Source: Longimicrobiales bacterium (GTDB taxonomy: Bacteria; Gemmatimonadota; Gemmatimonadetes; Longimicrobiales; Gaopeijiaceae). Taken from it: a DNA stretch of 64,000 bases. Shown piece after piece: positions 1-10,034 of this stretch. The stretch covers positions 448,001-512,000 of the forward strand of contig OZ252251.1 of the NCBI GenBank assembly GCA_965249725.1, in the 5' to 3' direction. A model generated the notes under the pieces. It searched no databases and was not told where the DNA came from. It saw only the letters and a program-made list of their open reading frames with translations. The stretch's first letter is position 1; each line of letters begins with the position of its first letter. A program made the translations under genes and the position numbers.

Positions 1-607
1 AGAAGAAGCCTGCGTATCCCACGAAGACGGTCATGGGACTCCCCGTGGGGAGGCTCAGGGAGGGCGTGAGGATGACAGACATCTGGTCGTCGGCATCGGC
101 GAGCCATCCACCGAAACCGAAGTTCCCACTGAACGAGAGCGTCGATGTCAGGGGCAGGTCCGCCAAGAGGACGGCAGCGGGGACGGCCTCGTCCGCGGTG
201 AAGGATCCCGTCGGAATGGACAGGGTGGTGAGTAAGGAGAGGCCGAGCCCGCCGGGACCGGACGAGACGAGCCGGAGCTTCCCGCCGAGGCCCTGATCCT
301 GCAGTCCTATCTCCGACTCGCCGTCGCCACGGAGCGCGACGACGGAGTTGAGCAGTCCCTGTATCTCGATCCCCGCCCACACCCCCAGTCGCAGCACCAC
401 CTGGCCGACGGAGTACTGATCGAGCGGGTCGATCCGCGCGTACTCGACACCCGACTCCACCTGCAACATCCCGGCTTCGAGGAGTACTGATCCACTTCCG
501 AGACCCGGCCGGTCGGAGGCGATGGTCTGTTGGGCCGCCAGGGCATATGGCAGGCCGAGCGCCAGAAGCGACAGCCCGCCGCACATCAGTGTGAACCACC
601 GCTTCAT
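1..607 (-). CDS. Exported outer-membrane 'transporter'-family (MetA-pathway-like beta-barrel) protein, runs off window edge
   Basis: Not in ORF track. Read manually from ATG at 607 (upstream GAGGAG): MKRWFTLMCGGLSLLALGLPYALAAQQTIASDRPGLGSGSVLLEAGMLQVESG..., open to position 1. Signal peptide and DRP motif. Confidence 0.6.
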   Translation of the reverse strand, partial: MKRWFTLMCGGLSLLALGLPYALAAQQTIASDRPGLGSGSVLLEAGMLQVESGVEYARIDPLDQYSVGQVVLRLGVWAGIEIQGLLNSVVALRGDGESEIGLQDQGLGGKLRLVSSGPGGLGLSLLTTLSIPTGSFTADEAVPAAVLLADLPLTSTLSFSGNFGFGGWLADADDQMSVILTPSLSLPTGSPMTVFVGYAGFF

Positions 608-748
608 CGTGATTCGCTCCTCGTCTGTACATTGCGTTGTCCGTTCGACCGCCTTGCTGGGGCCCGCGCAGTTGCCGGTAGCGTCAAGACAATTCGGCAC
701 GTTGAGCGTCTATCCCCCGTTGTCGGGCGCGGACCGACCGACCTTCCG

Positions 749-2182
749 CTAGTCGGACACCAGCAGTCGAGCGAACGCCAGGTTGAGGTTGAATGCCCTA
801 TGCTCGTTGTGGGCCATGACGGACCGTTCCCAACGGCGCGCATCGGTCACGTTTCCCAAGGCTTCTTCGACCAGCGCCATGAAAGCCATTTCCCATGGGC
901 GCTGAAGGCCGGACTTGAGAAGCATACGTCGGGCCCCTTCCGCGTCACCTTCCACGAGCAGGGCGTATCCCATGAGTGCGAATACGAAGTCGTCGTCCGG
1001 CCCCGCGAGTGCGCCGAATGCGTCAGCGGACCTTCGCGCCGCCTCAGCGTGCCCGGCGATTCCGTGGGCGATGCTCGCTGACGCATGGTGAGCCGCTGTG
1101 GGGTCGCGATCCTTAACTACCGCTGCCAGGTGATCCTGCACCGCTGAAGCATCCCCGAAAAGGGCTTCGGCGATGGCGAGTTCCTGGTGAGCCAACGCGG
1201 CCAAATCCCGGTTGTCGTCTTCCTCGAATCTCTCGGCGGCCGCCTTGAGCGTCTCCAGGCCACGGCGAGCATCGCCTTCCATCAGATACGTGTTGGCCTT
1301 TGCCCTGAGCAGGTTGTTCACGCTTCTCGTCGACCCCACATACGGCACCCCTCGGTCCAGCGCCGCACGGGCCATGTCTCCCTCGCCCGCCAAGCTGTAG
1401 GCCTCGGCGAGCCCCGTGTACCCTCCCGGGAAGGTCGGGTCCAGCTCGAGAGCTCTCGTGTAATGGTCGATCGCGTCCTGGAACAGCCCGCTGAACTGGA
1501 ACAACTCCGCGTACGAGTCGTGTGAGTTCGGATGAAGGGGATCCAACTCCAAGTAGCGCGTCACGCTTCGCCGGGCTCCTGCGGCGTCTCCCATGCTCCA
1601 CTGGGTGTACGCGATCACGTCGGCGCTTGCGGGAAAGTCAGGATGGGCTTCGCGAACCTCGGCCAACGCCGCCAACCGCCGTGGTGACGCGGGCGTTCCC
1701 ACGCTGAGCGCGTGGTACAAAGCGACGTGCGGATCGTCCGGGACCATCGCATACGCCGCACCGTAGAGGGCGCGGGCCGCTTCGGTGTTGCCCAGGAACT
1801 CCTCTCGGATTCCGGAGGCCAGGGTCAACTCTGCTGCGGAGGCGTCCGCGAGGGTTCCCAGAGCATGGGCCATCCGGTCCAAACGTTCCGAGCGTCCAAA
1901 GCCGGGGGCATATCGGGCGTGCATGAACTCGGCCATGCCGAAGTCCGAATCCAGATCCAGCGCGGCTTCCAAGTGCCGGACCGCACGCGTCGTGAAGAAG
2001 TTCTCGATGTCGTCGAAGCCCTTCCAGAAGTGTGCTTTGGCATCGGGCGAAGCGGTGGTCACCGTAAGGACGGCTCCTTCGCCCTTCGACTGGGCGTGGG
2101 CCGCTTCGGTGGCAGGGCCTATCCAGCCCCCCACTATCATCGAGGCTACCAGGCTGGGACGGAAGGCGTGGAAACGGCTCAT
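749..2182 (-). CDS. Secreted tetratricopeptide-repeat protein
   Basis: Signal peptide (AHA-Q); repeated TPR-like segments (ALDLDSDF, YLELDPLHP, ALELDPTFP). Confidence 0.75.
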   Translation of the reverse strand: MSRFHAFRPSLVASMIVGGWIGPATEAAHAQSKGEGAVLTVTTASPDAKAHFWKGFDDIENFFTTRAVRHLEAALDLDSDFGMAEFMHARYAPGFGRSERLDRMAHALGTLADASAAELTLASGIREEFLGNTEAARALYGAAYAMVPDDPHVALYHALSVGTPASPRRLAALAEVREAHPDFPASADVIAYTQWSMGDAAGARRSVTRYLELDPLHPNSHDSYAELFQFSGLFQDAIDHYTRALELDPTFPGGYTGLAEAYSLAGEGDMARAALDRGVPYVGSTRSVNNLLRAKANTYLMEGDARRGLETLKAAAERFEEDDNRDLAALAHQELAIAEALFGDASAVQDHLAAVVKDRDPTAAHHASASIAHGIAGHAEAARRSADAFGALAGPDDDFVFALMGYALLVEGDAEGARRMLLKSGLQRPWEMAFMALVEEALGNVTDARRWERSVMAHNEHRAFNLNLAFARLLVSD

Positions 2183-2282
2183 GAATGGGTCACCTTGTGA
2201 TGGCTATCCCGATCGTCCCTCCTGGGTACTCGAGATAGGTGATCAGTTGCTCACGTTAGAGCTTCCCGCTTCCCGGCGACAG

Positions 2283-2711
2283 CTACTGCGAGGTACCTCT
2301 TGGCTGCGCTTCGGGCTCCGCCGGATCTGGAGAAGTCGGCCGCGTCACGGACCACCCGACGATGCACAGCGCAGCCCACAACAGGCATCCGATGACGAGG
2401 AGTGTCCGAGGCAAGCCTGTCGGCAGGCGGGGGAAGGTGAAGCTATAGAGAGCCACAGGTATCAAGACCGCGGCCGCGAACCAAGGACCGACCTGAATGC
2501 GTCCCTCGGAGTCCCGAGCTTGTTCTGCTAGCGGACCACCCACGACGATCCCTACCAGCGCAACCACGAAAATGCCGAGCGCCGTCCCGACGATCTCGAG
2601 GGCCGAGGTGAAGCCGGGCGGCATCATGAAGACGCCAAGCGCGGTCAGAATCAGCGCGACCCAGGCAGCCTTCCACACTGCCGCACCTAGGGTAGGGTTA
2701 TTCTCAGCCAT
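2283..2711 (-). CDS. Small integral membrane protein
   Basis: About four hydrophobic segments starting MAENNPTLGAAVW; start chosen at ATG 2711. Confidence 0.55.
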   Translation of the reverse strand: MAENNPTLGAAVWKAAWVALILTALGVFMMPPGFTSALEIVGTALGIFVVALVGIVVGGPLAEQARDSEGRIQVGPWFAAAVLIPVALYSFTFPRLPTGLPRTLLVIGCLLWAALCIVGWSVTRPTSPDPAEPEAQPRGTSQ

Positions 2712-2924
2712 CGCAAATAGGGCCCCGAGGCGGTAGCCGTCCGCCTTGTTGAGCCTCCTCCTAACTAGTGATCGAACTGTATAACTCATATCACATAGCT
2801 CTCCTTTTCGCGCCGCTCGACGTTCCACGATATTCTTGCCGATCAGGTCCCACCAGGCCAGAATCGGACTCTGTCAGGCCTTCGCGCCGCCGCGCGAGGA
2901 ACGCACAATCACGGAGTCTCGATC

Positions 2925-4538
2925 ATGAACCGCTTCTTCCGACCCGCCCTCAGCGTCTCTGCTGCGTTCGTACTTCTAGCCGGGCAGGACGCTCGCGCCC
3001 AACAAGTGACTCTAGTCCCGGGCCTCGGCAGCTTGTCGTTCCCCAACTCGGGGGCGCCCGCGGCTCAACAGGACTTCCTCCGCGGAGTCCTCCTCCTGCA
3101 CAGCTTCGAGTACGGGACGGCTGCCGAGGCCTTCCGGCGCGCGCAGCAGGCCGATCCGAGCTTCGCCATGGCCTATTGGGGCGAGGCGATGACCTACACT
3201 CACCCAGTCTGGAATCAGAAGGACGCGGCGGCTGCGCTGGGCGCGCTGGCCCGCCTCGCCCCGACCAGCGCGGAACGGCTGGCCAAGACTGGAACAGAGC
3301 GGGAGCAGGGCTTTCTCCAAGCCGTGGAGACACTCTACGGCCAAGGCCAGAAGGCCTCGCTGGACACCCTCTATTCAGCGGAGATGGGGGCCTTGGCCGC
3401 ACAGTACCCGAAGGACGTCGAGGTCCAGACCTTCTATGCGTTGTCGCTCCTGGGGCTTAGTCAGGGTGATCGCGATGTGCCAACCTACATGGAAGCCGGG
3501 ACCATTGCGCTGGCGGCGTTCCAGGCCAATCCGGATCATCCCGGCGGGGCCCACTACACGATCCACTCCTTCGATGACCCCACGCACGCGATCCTGGCCA
3601 TGCAAGCGGCGCGCACGTACGCCCAGATCGCGCCCGATGCGGCTCACGCCCAGCACATGACCACCCACATCTTTCTTGCCAGGGGAATGTGGGACGACGT
3701 GGTGGAGATCAATATTCAGGCCGACGCTGTGACGGATCGGGCCCGCGCGGCCAACAACCTGCCGCCCACAAACTGCGGCCACTACAACCAGTGGCTCATG
3801 TACGGCTACCAGCAGCAGGGGCGGTATGACGCCGCCGACGCTCTTCTCATGGGGTGTTTCCGGCAGGTGCACGACGAGCGCCTCCCGCTCGCCCAGCGCC
3901 GGACCGCGGCCCGCTCGTACGTGACGATGCGGAGTTCAAACCTTGCCGACACACGTCGCTGGGACGGGAAGCCCGCGTCGTCGGAGATGGATGCCTCGTC
4001 GTTGTCGGTCGGCAGTCAGTTGGCTCAGGCTTGGGGAACGGGACTGGCCGCCCTTCATCGGGGTGACCGGGCCACGGCTGAGCGGATGCACGAGGTGTTG
4101 GTGAAGGACGGTGGGTTGGACGGCGAAACCTACGCACCGGTCTGGGAAGGCACGTTGCACGCCCTCCTCCTCCAGGAAGGGGGTGACGCACCTGGAGCGC
4201 TTATCGCCGCGAAGGCGGCCGCCGACTACGAAGCTTCCCTGCCGGTGGATTTCGGGCCGCCCATCGCGTACAAACCGGCTCGGGAGCTCGAGGGTGAGCT
4301 GCTGCTCGCCAACGGCCGGGCCGAAGACGCCATGGCGGCATTCGAGATGGCCCTGGCTAGGACGCCCAATCGAATCCTTGCGCTCGCCGGATACGCGCGT
4401 GCGGCCAGTGCGGCAGGCCGGACCGGGGTGGCCCAGCGGAGTTATGCGACGCTGGCGGAACTACTTGCCCAAGCGGACGGCGACATGAAGGAGGCTCAGG
4501 AGGTCCGTCAGGGACTGTACCAGCAGGCGCGACGCTAA
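2925..4538 (+). CDS. Secreted TPR-containing protein
   Basis: Signal peptide; FLRGVLLLHSFEY...DPSFAMAYWGEAM, HPGGAHYTIH and HAQHMTTHIF motifs. Confidence 0.75.
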   Translation: MNRFFRPALSVSAAFVLLAGQDARAQQVTLVPGLGSLSFPNSGAPAAQQDFLRGVLLLHSFEYGTAAEAFRRAQQADPSFAMAYWGEAMTYTHPVWNQKDAAAALGALARLAPTSAERLAKTGTEREQGFLQAVETLYGQGQKASLDTLYSAEMGALAAQYPKDVEVQTFYALSLLGLSQGDRDVPTYMEAGTIALAAFQANPDHPGGAHYTIHSFDDPTHAILAMQAARTYAQIAPDAAHAQHMTTHIFLARGMWDDVVEINIQADAVTDRARAANNLPPTNCGHYNQWLMYGYQQQGRYDAADALLMGCFRQVHDERLPLAQRRTAARSYVTMRSSNLADTRRWDGKPASSEMDASSLSVGSQLAQAWGTGLAALHRGDRATAERMHEVLVKDGGLDGETYAPVWEGTLHALLLQEGGDAPGALIAAKAAADYEASLPVDFGPPIAYKPARELEGELLLANGRAEDAMAAFEMALARTPNRILALAGYARAASAAGRTGVAQRSYATLAELLAQADGDMKEAQEVRQGLYQQARR

Positions 4539-4736
4539 CAGCCGATACCGGTGGGAATCTGGAGGTCGGCGGCCTAGGTGCCAATAGTGGGGTGCTCTAC
4601 AAATTCGACTCGAGCCCCATCCTCCGAGATCGCCCAGCGTCCCATAGGCCACGCCGATTCGCGCGGGATCCTCGTAGCGTCCCTCGGCGACGATGAACTC
4701 GTCGAGGAGTTGGCGAGCCTCGGCGCTTCTTCAGCT

Positions 4737-5738
4737 CTAGGCCCCCACCTCCACCACCTCGCCGTTCCGCCGGGCCGATTCATACAGCGCAGCGATCACC
4801 CGCATGTTGCGAGCCGCTTCCTCGGCGGGGTAGCGCAGGGGCTGGTCGTTCAGCACGCACCCCGCGAAGTGCTCCACCATCAAGCGGTACTCGTCGTCGC
4901 CCGGCACGGTGTGCTGTATCGTCTCGCCCCGGCCGCGGACCTCCTCGATGATCACGTCGCCGGTCCCGGGAAGGAAGGCCGCCGGCACGGTCAGGTACGC
5001 ATCCGTACCCCCCATGACGAGGGTCTCACGTCGCTCCATGTTCAGGGAGCAATCGAACTGCGCGAACAGGCCGTCCCCGAAACGAAGCGTGCCGACCATC
5101 TGTTCATCGACGCCGCTCGAAGACGGGACGGCTACCGCCTGCACCTCCACCGGCTCGGCGCCGGCGACCGTCCGGCTCACGTTGACGCAGTAGCAGCCCA
5201 CGTCCATCAACGAGCCTCCACCCAACTCCGGGTCGAGCCTGATGTTGTCGGGGTTCCGGAGCCGGAAGGTGAACGCGCTGGTGATCATCCTCAGCTCACC
5301 TACTGTGCCGCCCCTCACCATATCCACGACCTTCTCCGTCCGCGGATGGAAGCGGTACATGAAGGCCTCCATGAGCTTCACACCGTTGGCGTCGGCCGCG
5401 GCCTGCATCTCGGCGCACTGGGCCGCATTGAGCGCCAACGGCTTCTCGCACAGGACGTGCTTTCCCGCCTCGGCGGCCCGAATGGTCCACTCGCGGTGTA
5501 TGCTGTTCGGAAGCGGAATGTAGACGGCATCCAGCGAGTCGTCGGCCAGAAGAGCCTCGTAGCTCCCATAGTGCGTCGGGATCCCCCACTTCTCGGCGAA
5601 GTCCCGGGCCCGGGCCTCGTCGCGGCTGGCCACCGCCAAGAGCTCTCCGTTATTCGACGCCTGGATCGCGGGGTTCACCGCGGCCCGCCCGATGTTCGAG
5701 GTGCTGAGGACGCCCCAGCGCAGCTTGGTCTCCGTCAC
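4737..5738 (-). CDS. Gfo/Idh/MocA-family oxidoreductase
   Basis: LRWGVLST, GKHVLCEKP, EAFMYRFHP and GGGSLMDVGCY motifs; GTG start inferred at 5738. Confidence 0.9.
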   Translation of the reverse strand: MTETKLRWGVLSTSNIGRAAVNPAIQASNNGELLAVASRDEARARDFAEKWGIPTHYGSYEALLADDSLDAVYIPLPNSIHREWTIRAAEAGKHVLCEKPLALNAAQCAEMQAAADANGVKLMEAFMYRFHPRTEKVVDMVRGGTVGELRMITSAFTFRLRNPDNIRLDPELGGGSLMDVGCYCVNVSRTVAGAEPVEVQAVAVPSSSGVDEQMVGTLRFGDGLFAQFDCSLNMERRETLVMGGTDAYLTVPAAFLPGTGDVIIEEVRGRGETIQHTVPGDDEYRLMVEHFAGCVLNDQPLRYPAEEAARNMRVIAALYESARRNGEVVEVGA

Positions 5739-5766
5739 TGCATGCTCCCGTGTCGACGATGGTTCC

Positions 5767-6627
5767 TCACTCTGTCCTCCCTGTCGGGTCCAGCGCGTCT
5801 TGGAGCCCATCCCCGATGAAATTCACAGAGAGCACGATGAGCAGGATCGCCAGCCCGGGAAAGATGGTCAGCCAGGGCTTCGTCGCCATGGTGGCCTGGG
5901 CGTCCATGAGCATGTTGCCCCACGTGGGGATGGGCGGCTGGACGCCCAGACCCAGGAAGCTCAGTGAGGACTCGAGGATGATCGCGTTCCCCACGGCGAG
6001 GGTGGCTCCCACCACGATCGGGCCGATGGCGTTGGGCAGGATGTGGCGCCAGATGATCCTCGGGTTCGCGACCCCGATGCCGCGGGCGGCCTCCACGTAG
6101 GCCATCTCTTTGATCGTGAGGACGTCTCCGCGCACGACCCGGGCCGTGGCCATCCAACTGAGCAGTCCGATCATGAGCGCCATGGAGAATGCCGCGGCCT
6201 GCGTGTAGGAACTGAGCACGATGAGCAGCGGCAATGTCGGGATCGAGTACGCCACGTCGGTCAGCCGCATGAGCACGTTGTCCGTCCGGCCCCCGTAGAA
6301 CCCCGCCAGGGCCCCCACCAACGCCCCCAAACCGGTGCCGATGATGGCGGCCAGGAGTCCGATCAGTATGGACACCCGACCTCCGTACAGGACTCTCGTG
6401 AAGAGATCGCGGCCGAGATCGTCGGTACCCATCCAGTGCGCGGCAGAGGGCGCGGCGCGGATACTTCCGAGGTCGATGCCGTCGAACTCGTATGGGACGA
6501 ACAGCGGGGCGGCCACGCATGCGGCCGCGATGACGCCCACCACACCAAAGGACGCGACCGCCAATTTGTGCCGCTTCAGTCGCTGCCAGACCAGGCCCCG
6601 GGGGACTCGAGCGCGGGTGCCCGTCAT
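5767..6627 (-). CDS. oppC: Peptide/nickel ABC transporter permease (OppC/DppC-like)
   Basis: HWMGTDDLGRDLFTR, YVEAARGIG (EAA loop), SLSFLGLG, GDGLQDALDP; ATGA overlap with upstream permease. Confidence 0.9.
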   Translation of the reverse strand: MTGTRARVPRGLVWQRLKRHKLAVASFGVVGVIAAACVAAPLFVPYEFDGIDLGSIRAAPSAAHWMGTDDLGRDLFTRVLYGGRVSILIGLLAAIIGTGLGALVGALAGFYGGRTDNVLMRLTDVAYSIPTLPLLIVLSSYTQAAAFSMALMIGLLSWMATARVVRGDVLTIKEMAYVEAARGIGVANPRIIWRHILPNAIGPIVVGATLAVGNAIILESSLSFLGLGVQPPIPTWGNMLMDAQATMATKPWLTIFPGLAILLIVLSVNFIGDGLQDALDPTGRTE

Positions 6628-7577
6628 TCGTACCGGATCCGCGGATCCAGGACCGCGTACAGGACGTCGGCCACGAGGTTGAACACGATGACCATGACCG
6701 AGCCCATCATCATGATGCCCATGAGCAACGGGTAGTCCCGGGAGAACATGGCCTGCACGAACATCCGGCCGATGCCGGGCCAAGCGAAGATCGTCTCGGT
6801 GATGACGGCACCGGAGAACATGTCCGCGAGGCCGAGGGCCATGATCGACAAGACGGGGATGAGCGCGTTGCGAACACCGTGCACGCCGACCACCGCCTGC
6901 TCCGGCAGACCCTTCGCCCGGGCGGTCCGGATGAAGTCGGCCTTGAGCACTCCCAACAGGCTGGCCCGGAGGTAGCGGGACCAGCCTGCGATATTCCGGA
7001 ACGACAGCACCACGGCAGGCAGGATCAGGTGCTTGAGGTGATCGCCTAAAGACGTAGCCCCCACCGTCTCCGTTCCGGCTACGGGCAGCCACCCCAGCTG
7101 CACGGAGAACACCAACTGCAGGATCAACGCGAACCAGAAGACGGGCATGGCGATGCCGACGAACGACACGCCTGTGCTGAAGTAGTCGAACCAGCTGTAC
7201 TGCTTCACGGCGCTGAAGATGCCCAATCCGATGGCGATGACGGCCGCCAGGAGAAAGGACGAGGCCATCAGCTCCAGGGTGGCGGGTAGCCGTTCCAGGA
7301 TCATCTCGGACACGGGCCGGGTGGTGGAGAAGCTGACCCCCAGGTCCCCGACCATCGCCGCGGAGATCCAACGCACGTACTGGATGTGGATCGGCTGGTC
7401 GACGCCTAACCGTTCACGGTAGGCCTCGATCACCTCCGGATCGATGAAGCGGCCGGTTTCCAGCAGGCTGCCCTCCGGACCTCCCGGCGCCATCTGGATG
7501 ACGGCGAACAGGATGAGCGAGATCCCGAACACCAGGGGGATCATCTGAAGAAGGCGACGGCCGATGTAAGTCAGCAT
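6624..7577 (-). CDS. oppB: Peptide/nickel ABC transporter permease (OppB/DppB-like)
   Basis: GDLGVS, RLPATLEL, FIRTARAKGL, ETIFAWPGIG, DPRIRY motifs. Confidence 0.92.
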   Translation of the reverse strand: MLTYIGRRLLQMIPLVFGISLILFAVIQMAPGGPEGSLLETGRFIDPEVIEAYRERLGVDQPIHIQYVRWISAAMVGDLGVSFSTTRPVSEMILERLPATLELMASSFLLAAVIAIGLGIFSAVKQYSWFDYFSTGVSFVGIAMPVFWFALILQLVFSVQLGWLPVAGTETVGATSLGDHLKHLILPAVVLSFRNIAGWSRYLRASLLGVLKADFIRTARAKGLPEQAVVGVHGVRNALIPVLSIMALGLADMFSGAVITETIFAWPGIGRMFVQAMFSRDYPLLMGIMMMGSVMVIVFNLVADVLYAVLDPRIRYE

Positions 7578-7625
7578 CGTCCTGGCCCGAGCCCTCGGCG
7601 CCTGCCAGACCCCGCGAGCACGCTG

Positions 7626-8021
7626 CTAGTACTTTGCTGCGGCGACATCCGTCTGGCTGAAGTCGTCGCCCTTGAACAGCAGAGACTCTCCGGCGGCCAT
7701 CGCCGCACCGTACGCCAGGCAATCGCCATAGTTGAGCACCGCGGTCGATCCCACGCCCTTTCCGAACCGGGAGTAGGCGAGACGTGCGAGCCTGGCGGCG
7801 TCCTCCGTGAACGGAATGGTCTCGATACCGAGGCGTTCTAGAAGGGCGTCCAGGGCCACCTCGCCGCCCGGTCCCTTCCTTGCCAGCATGACCGCTGCCG
7901 TCTCGACGAGAGAAGGAGCCCCCACCAGGGCCCGGTCGGCTTCGACAACCGCCTGGACGAGTCGCGTCGCATCGGGCTCGCGGAGCAAGATGGCGATCAG
8001 CGCCGACGTCTCGATGACCAC
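7626..8021 (-). CDS. vapC: PIN-domain toxin VapC
   Basis: VIETSALIAIL...LNYGDCLAY...LLFKGDDFSQTD. GTG start at 8021. The usual first catalytic Asp appears as Glu. Confidence 0.88.
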   Translation of the reverse strand: MVIETSALIAILLREPDATRLVQAVVEADRALVGAPSLVETAAVMLARKGPGGEVALDALLERLGIETIPFTEDAARLARLAYSRFGKGVGSTAVLNYGDCLAYGAAMAAGESLLFKGDDFSQTDVAAAKY

Positions 8022-8028
8022 GGCGCCG

Positions 8029-8283
8029 CTAACTCGGAAGGCCGTGCTCGTCGTAGCCGAGAATCTCGTCGGCAGAACGGCAGTCACGGTCGGGAAGGGC
8101 CTCCACGAAGTCCTGCAACTCGGAGATGGCGGCTTCGACGCCGGCCGGGAGGGTCTCCCGCTCCACGGACGCGAGACGTTCGCGGAGAGCCACGGTCACA
8201 GCCTGGGTCAGGCTCTCACCGGTTGCTTCGGCCAGCGCTTGAGCGAGGCGGTGGGCCTCGGGATTCTTGATGTTCAAGGCCAT
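8029..8283 (-). CDS. vapB: VapB-family antitoxin
   Basis: [29 protein letters not shown]...[10 protein letters not shown], directly upstream of vapC. Confidence 0.88.
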   Translation of the reverse strand: MALNIKNPEAHRLAQALAEATGESLTQAVTVALRERLASVERETLPAGVEAAISELQDFVEALPDRDCRSADEILGYDEHGLPS

Positions 8284-8301
8284 CTGGGTTTCCGTGGTAG
8301 C

Positions 8302-8337
8302 ATGGTAGAAGCTAATCCACCCTTCTACCATTTACAA
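8302..8337 (-). promoter_or_regulatory. vapBC sigma70-type promoter with overlapping palindromic operator
   Basis: Minus strand TTGTAA-17 nt-TAGCTT (8337-8309). Perfect inverted repeat ATGGTAGAAG (8302-8311) / CTTCTACCAT (8322-8331). Confidence 0.75.
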
Positions 8338-8386
8338 GAATACGCTTCTCCTCGAAACGAGCCTCAGGGTCCGGCCGAAGGCCTCC

Positions 8387-10024
8387 TCAGTCCCTCAACG
8401 TCCACTCGTACAGGTTCCAGAAGCTCCCGAAATTCGTGCCGCTCCCCCGGTAGTTCCCCACCTGAGTGCTCAGGACTTCCGGAGTCACGTTGTAGTAGAT
8501 GGGCACGTACCGGTCCGAAGCGGCCAGGAGGGCCTGGGCTTCGTCGAGAGCCTGCTTCCGTTCGGTGAAGTCGAGTGTCTGGTCGGACCGCTTCAGCACC
8601 TCGTCCAGCGTGGGATCACAGAACGCCGTGAAGTTGTTGGCTCCATCACAGGCGTAGAGCCCGGTCACACTGGGGTCCGCAGGGAGGAACCACGCGCTCA
8701 CGAGCCCTTCCCATCTGCTGTTGCGCCAGGCCTGGGTCCAAGCAGCAGCCTCCAGCGTCTCGAACTCGATTGCGATGCCGACGTCCTTGAGTTGGGCCTG
8801 GATGACCTGGGCGATCGCGATCCGGTCGGCGCTGCCCGCCCGGTTGATCACCGTGAACGAGAACCGGAGGCCGTCTTTGACCCGAATACCGTCGTCGCCG
8901 GGGGCCCAGCCTGCCCGATCGAGCAGTCGTACTGCCTGGGCGGGGTCGTATGCACGGCCGGTCACAGAGGAGTTGTGGAAGGGGCTGCTGGGGTTGAGAG
9001 GGGACGTCGCGAGGGTCACCGTCCCCTGCATCAGCTGCTCGGCGATGGCTCGGCGGTCGATGGCATGGCCCATGGCTCTCCGCACGTATAAGTCGCTGAA
9101 GAGCGTGCGGCTCCGCTCGGTGTTCAGGGACACGTCGAAGTGCATGAACCCGTTCGTGCTGATGAGATGGACGGCGTATCCCTCGAGGTCGGCGATCTCG
9201 GCGACCTGCACCGGGTCTACCTGACCGTAGTGGTAGAGCCCCGACTTGAGGGCGTTCAGGCGCGTGTTCGAGTCCGGAATGAACGACCACACCACCTCGT
9301 CGATGAGCGGATAGTCCCGACCCCTCCAATAGTCGTCGTTGCGCACGACCCGGATATGCTCGCCGGCCCTCCACTCCACGAACCGGAAGGGCCCGGTGCC
9401 TACCAGTTCGTCCCCGCGATTATAGGGGGTGTAGTTGATGATCTCCTCGGTGGTCATGTGACCGAGGATGTGCTCGGGAAGGACGGCCTCGAAGAGCCCG
9501 GCGTAGTAGCCTCGGACGCCGTCCCAACGGAAGACGACCGTGTGGTCATCGGGCATGAGACAATCGAGGATAGCGAGATACAGTCCGCGATTGTACACAG
9601 AGGATCCGTCGCTCGACACGAAGCGCCAGGTGAAACACACGTCCTCGCTCGTGAAGGGCTCGCCGTCGTGCCAGCGCACGCCTTCCTGCAGTTCCCACGT
9701 CATGTCGATGGTACCTGATTCGTTCCGAACGACGAGGCCGTTGTCTACGGTGGGAATCTCCTTCGCCAGGACCGGGATGTACGAGTTGTTTTCGTCCGTG
9801 GTGACGAGTCCCTCGACCATGCTGAACTGCACGTCCAAGAGCATCTGGCTGGTCAGGGCGTTTAGTACGTCGATCTCGCGGTTGTACGCGACGCGCAGGA
9901 TGGTGCGATCACCGTCGCCGATGCCACTACCCGCGTCCGACTCGCTGTCGGAGCCCCCTGTGCCGCAGGCCAACGTACCGAGGGCCATACCGAGCGCCGT
10001 GCAGAGAAGGACCGCAGGCTTCAT
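8387..10024 (-). CDS. oppA: Peptide ABC transporter substrate-binding lipoprotein (SBP family 5)
   Basis: Lipobox TLAC; VRWHDGEPFTSEDV, GTGPFRF and VRRAMGHAIDR motifs. Confidence 0.9.
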   Translation of the reverse strand: MKPAVLLCTALGMALGTLACGTGGSDSESDAGSGIGDGDRTILRVAYNREIDVLNALTSQMLLDVQFSMVEGLVTTDENNSYIPVLAKEIPTVDNGLVVRNESGTIDMTWELQEGVRWHDGEPFTSEDVCFTWRFVSSDGSSVYNRGLYLAILDCLMPDDHTVVFRWDGVRGYYAGLFEAVLPEHILGHMTTEEIINYTPYNRGDELVGTGPFRFVEWRAGEHIRVVRNDDYWRGRDYPLIDEVVWSFIPDSNTRLNALKSGLYHYGQVDPVQVAEIADLEGYAVHLISTNGFMHFDVSLNTERSRTLFSDLYVRRAMGHAIDRRAIAEQLMQGTVTLATSPLNPSSPFHNSSVTGRAYDPAQAVRLLDRAGWAPGDDGIRVKDGLRFSFTVINRAGSADRIAIAQVIQAQLKDVGIAIEFETLEAAAWTQAWRNSRWEGLVSAWFLPADPSVTGLYACDGANNFTAFCDPTLDEVLKRSDQTLDFTERKQALDEAQALLAASDRYVPIYYNVTPEVLSTQVGNYRGSGTNFGSFWNLYEWTLRD

Positions 10025-10034
10025 CGGACCAGCG

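Noticed and set aside
33..296. Plus-strand 87-aa ORF
   Set aside because: Shadow of the minus-strand outer-membrane protein gene starting at 607.
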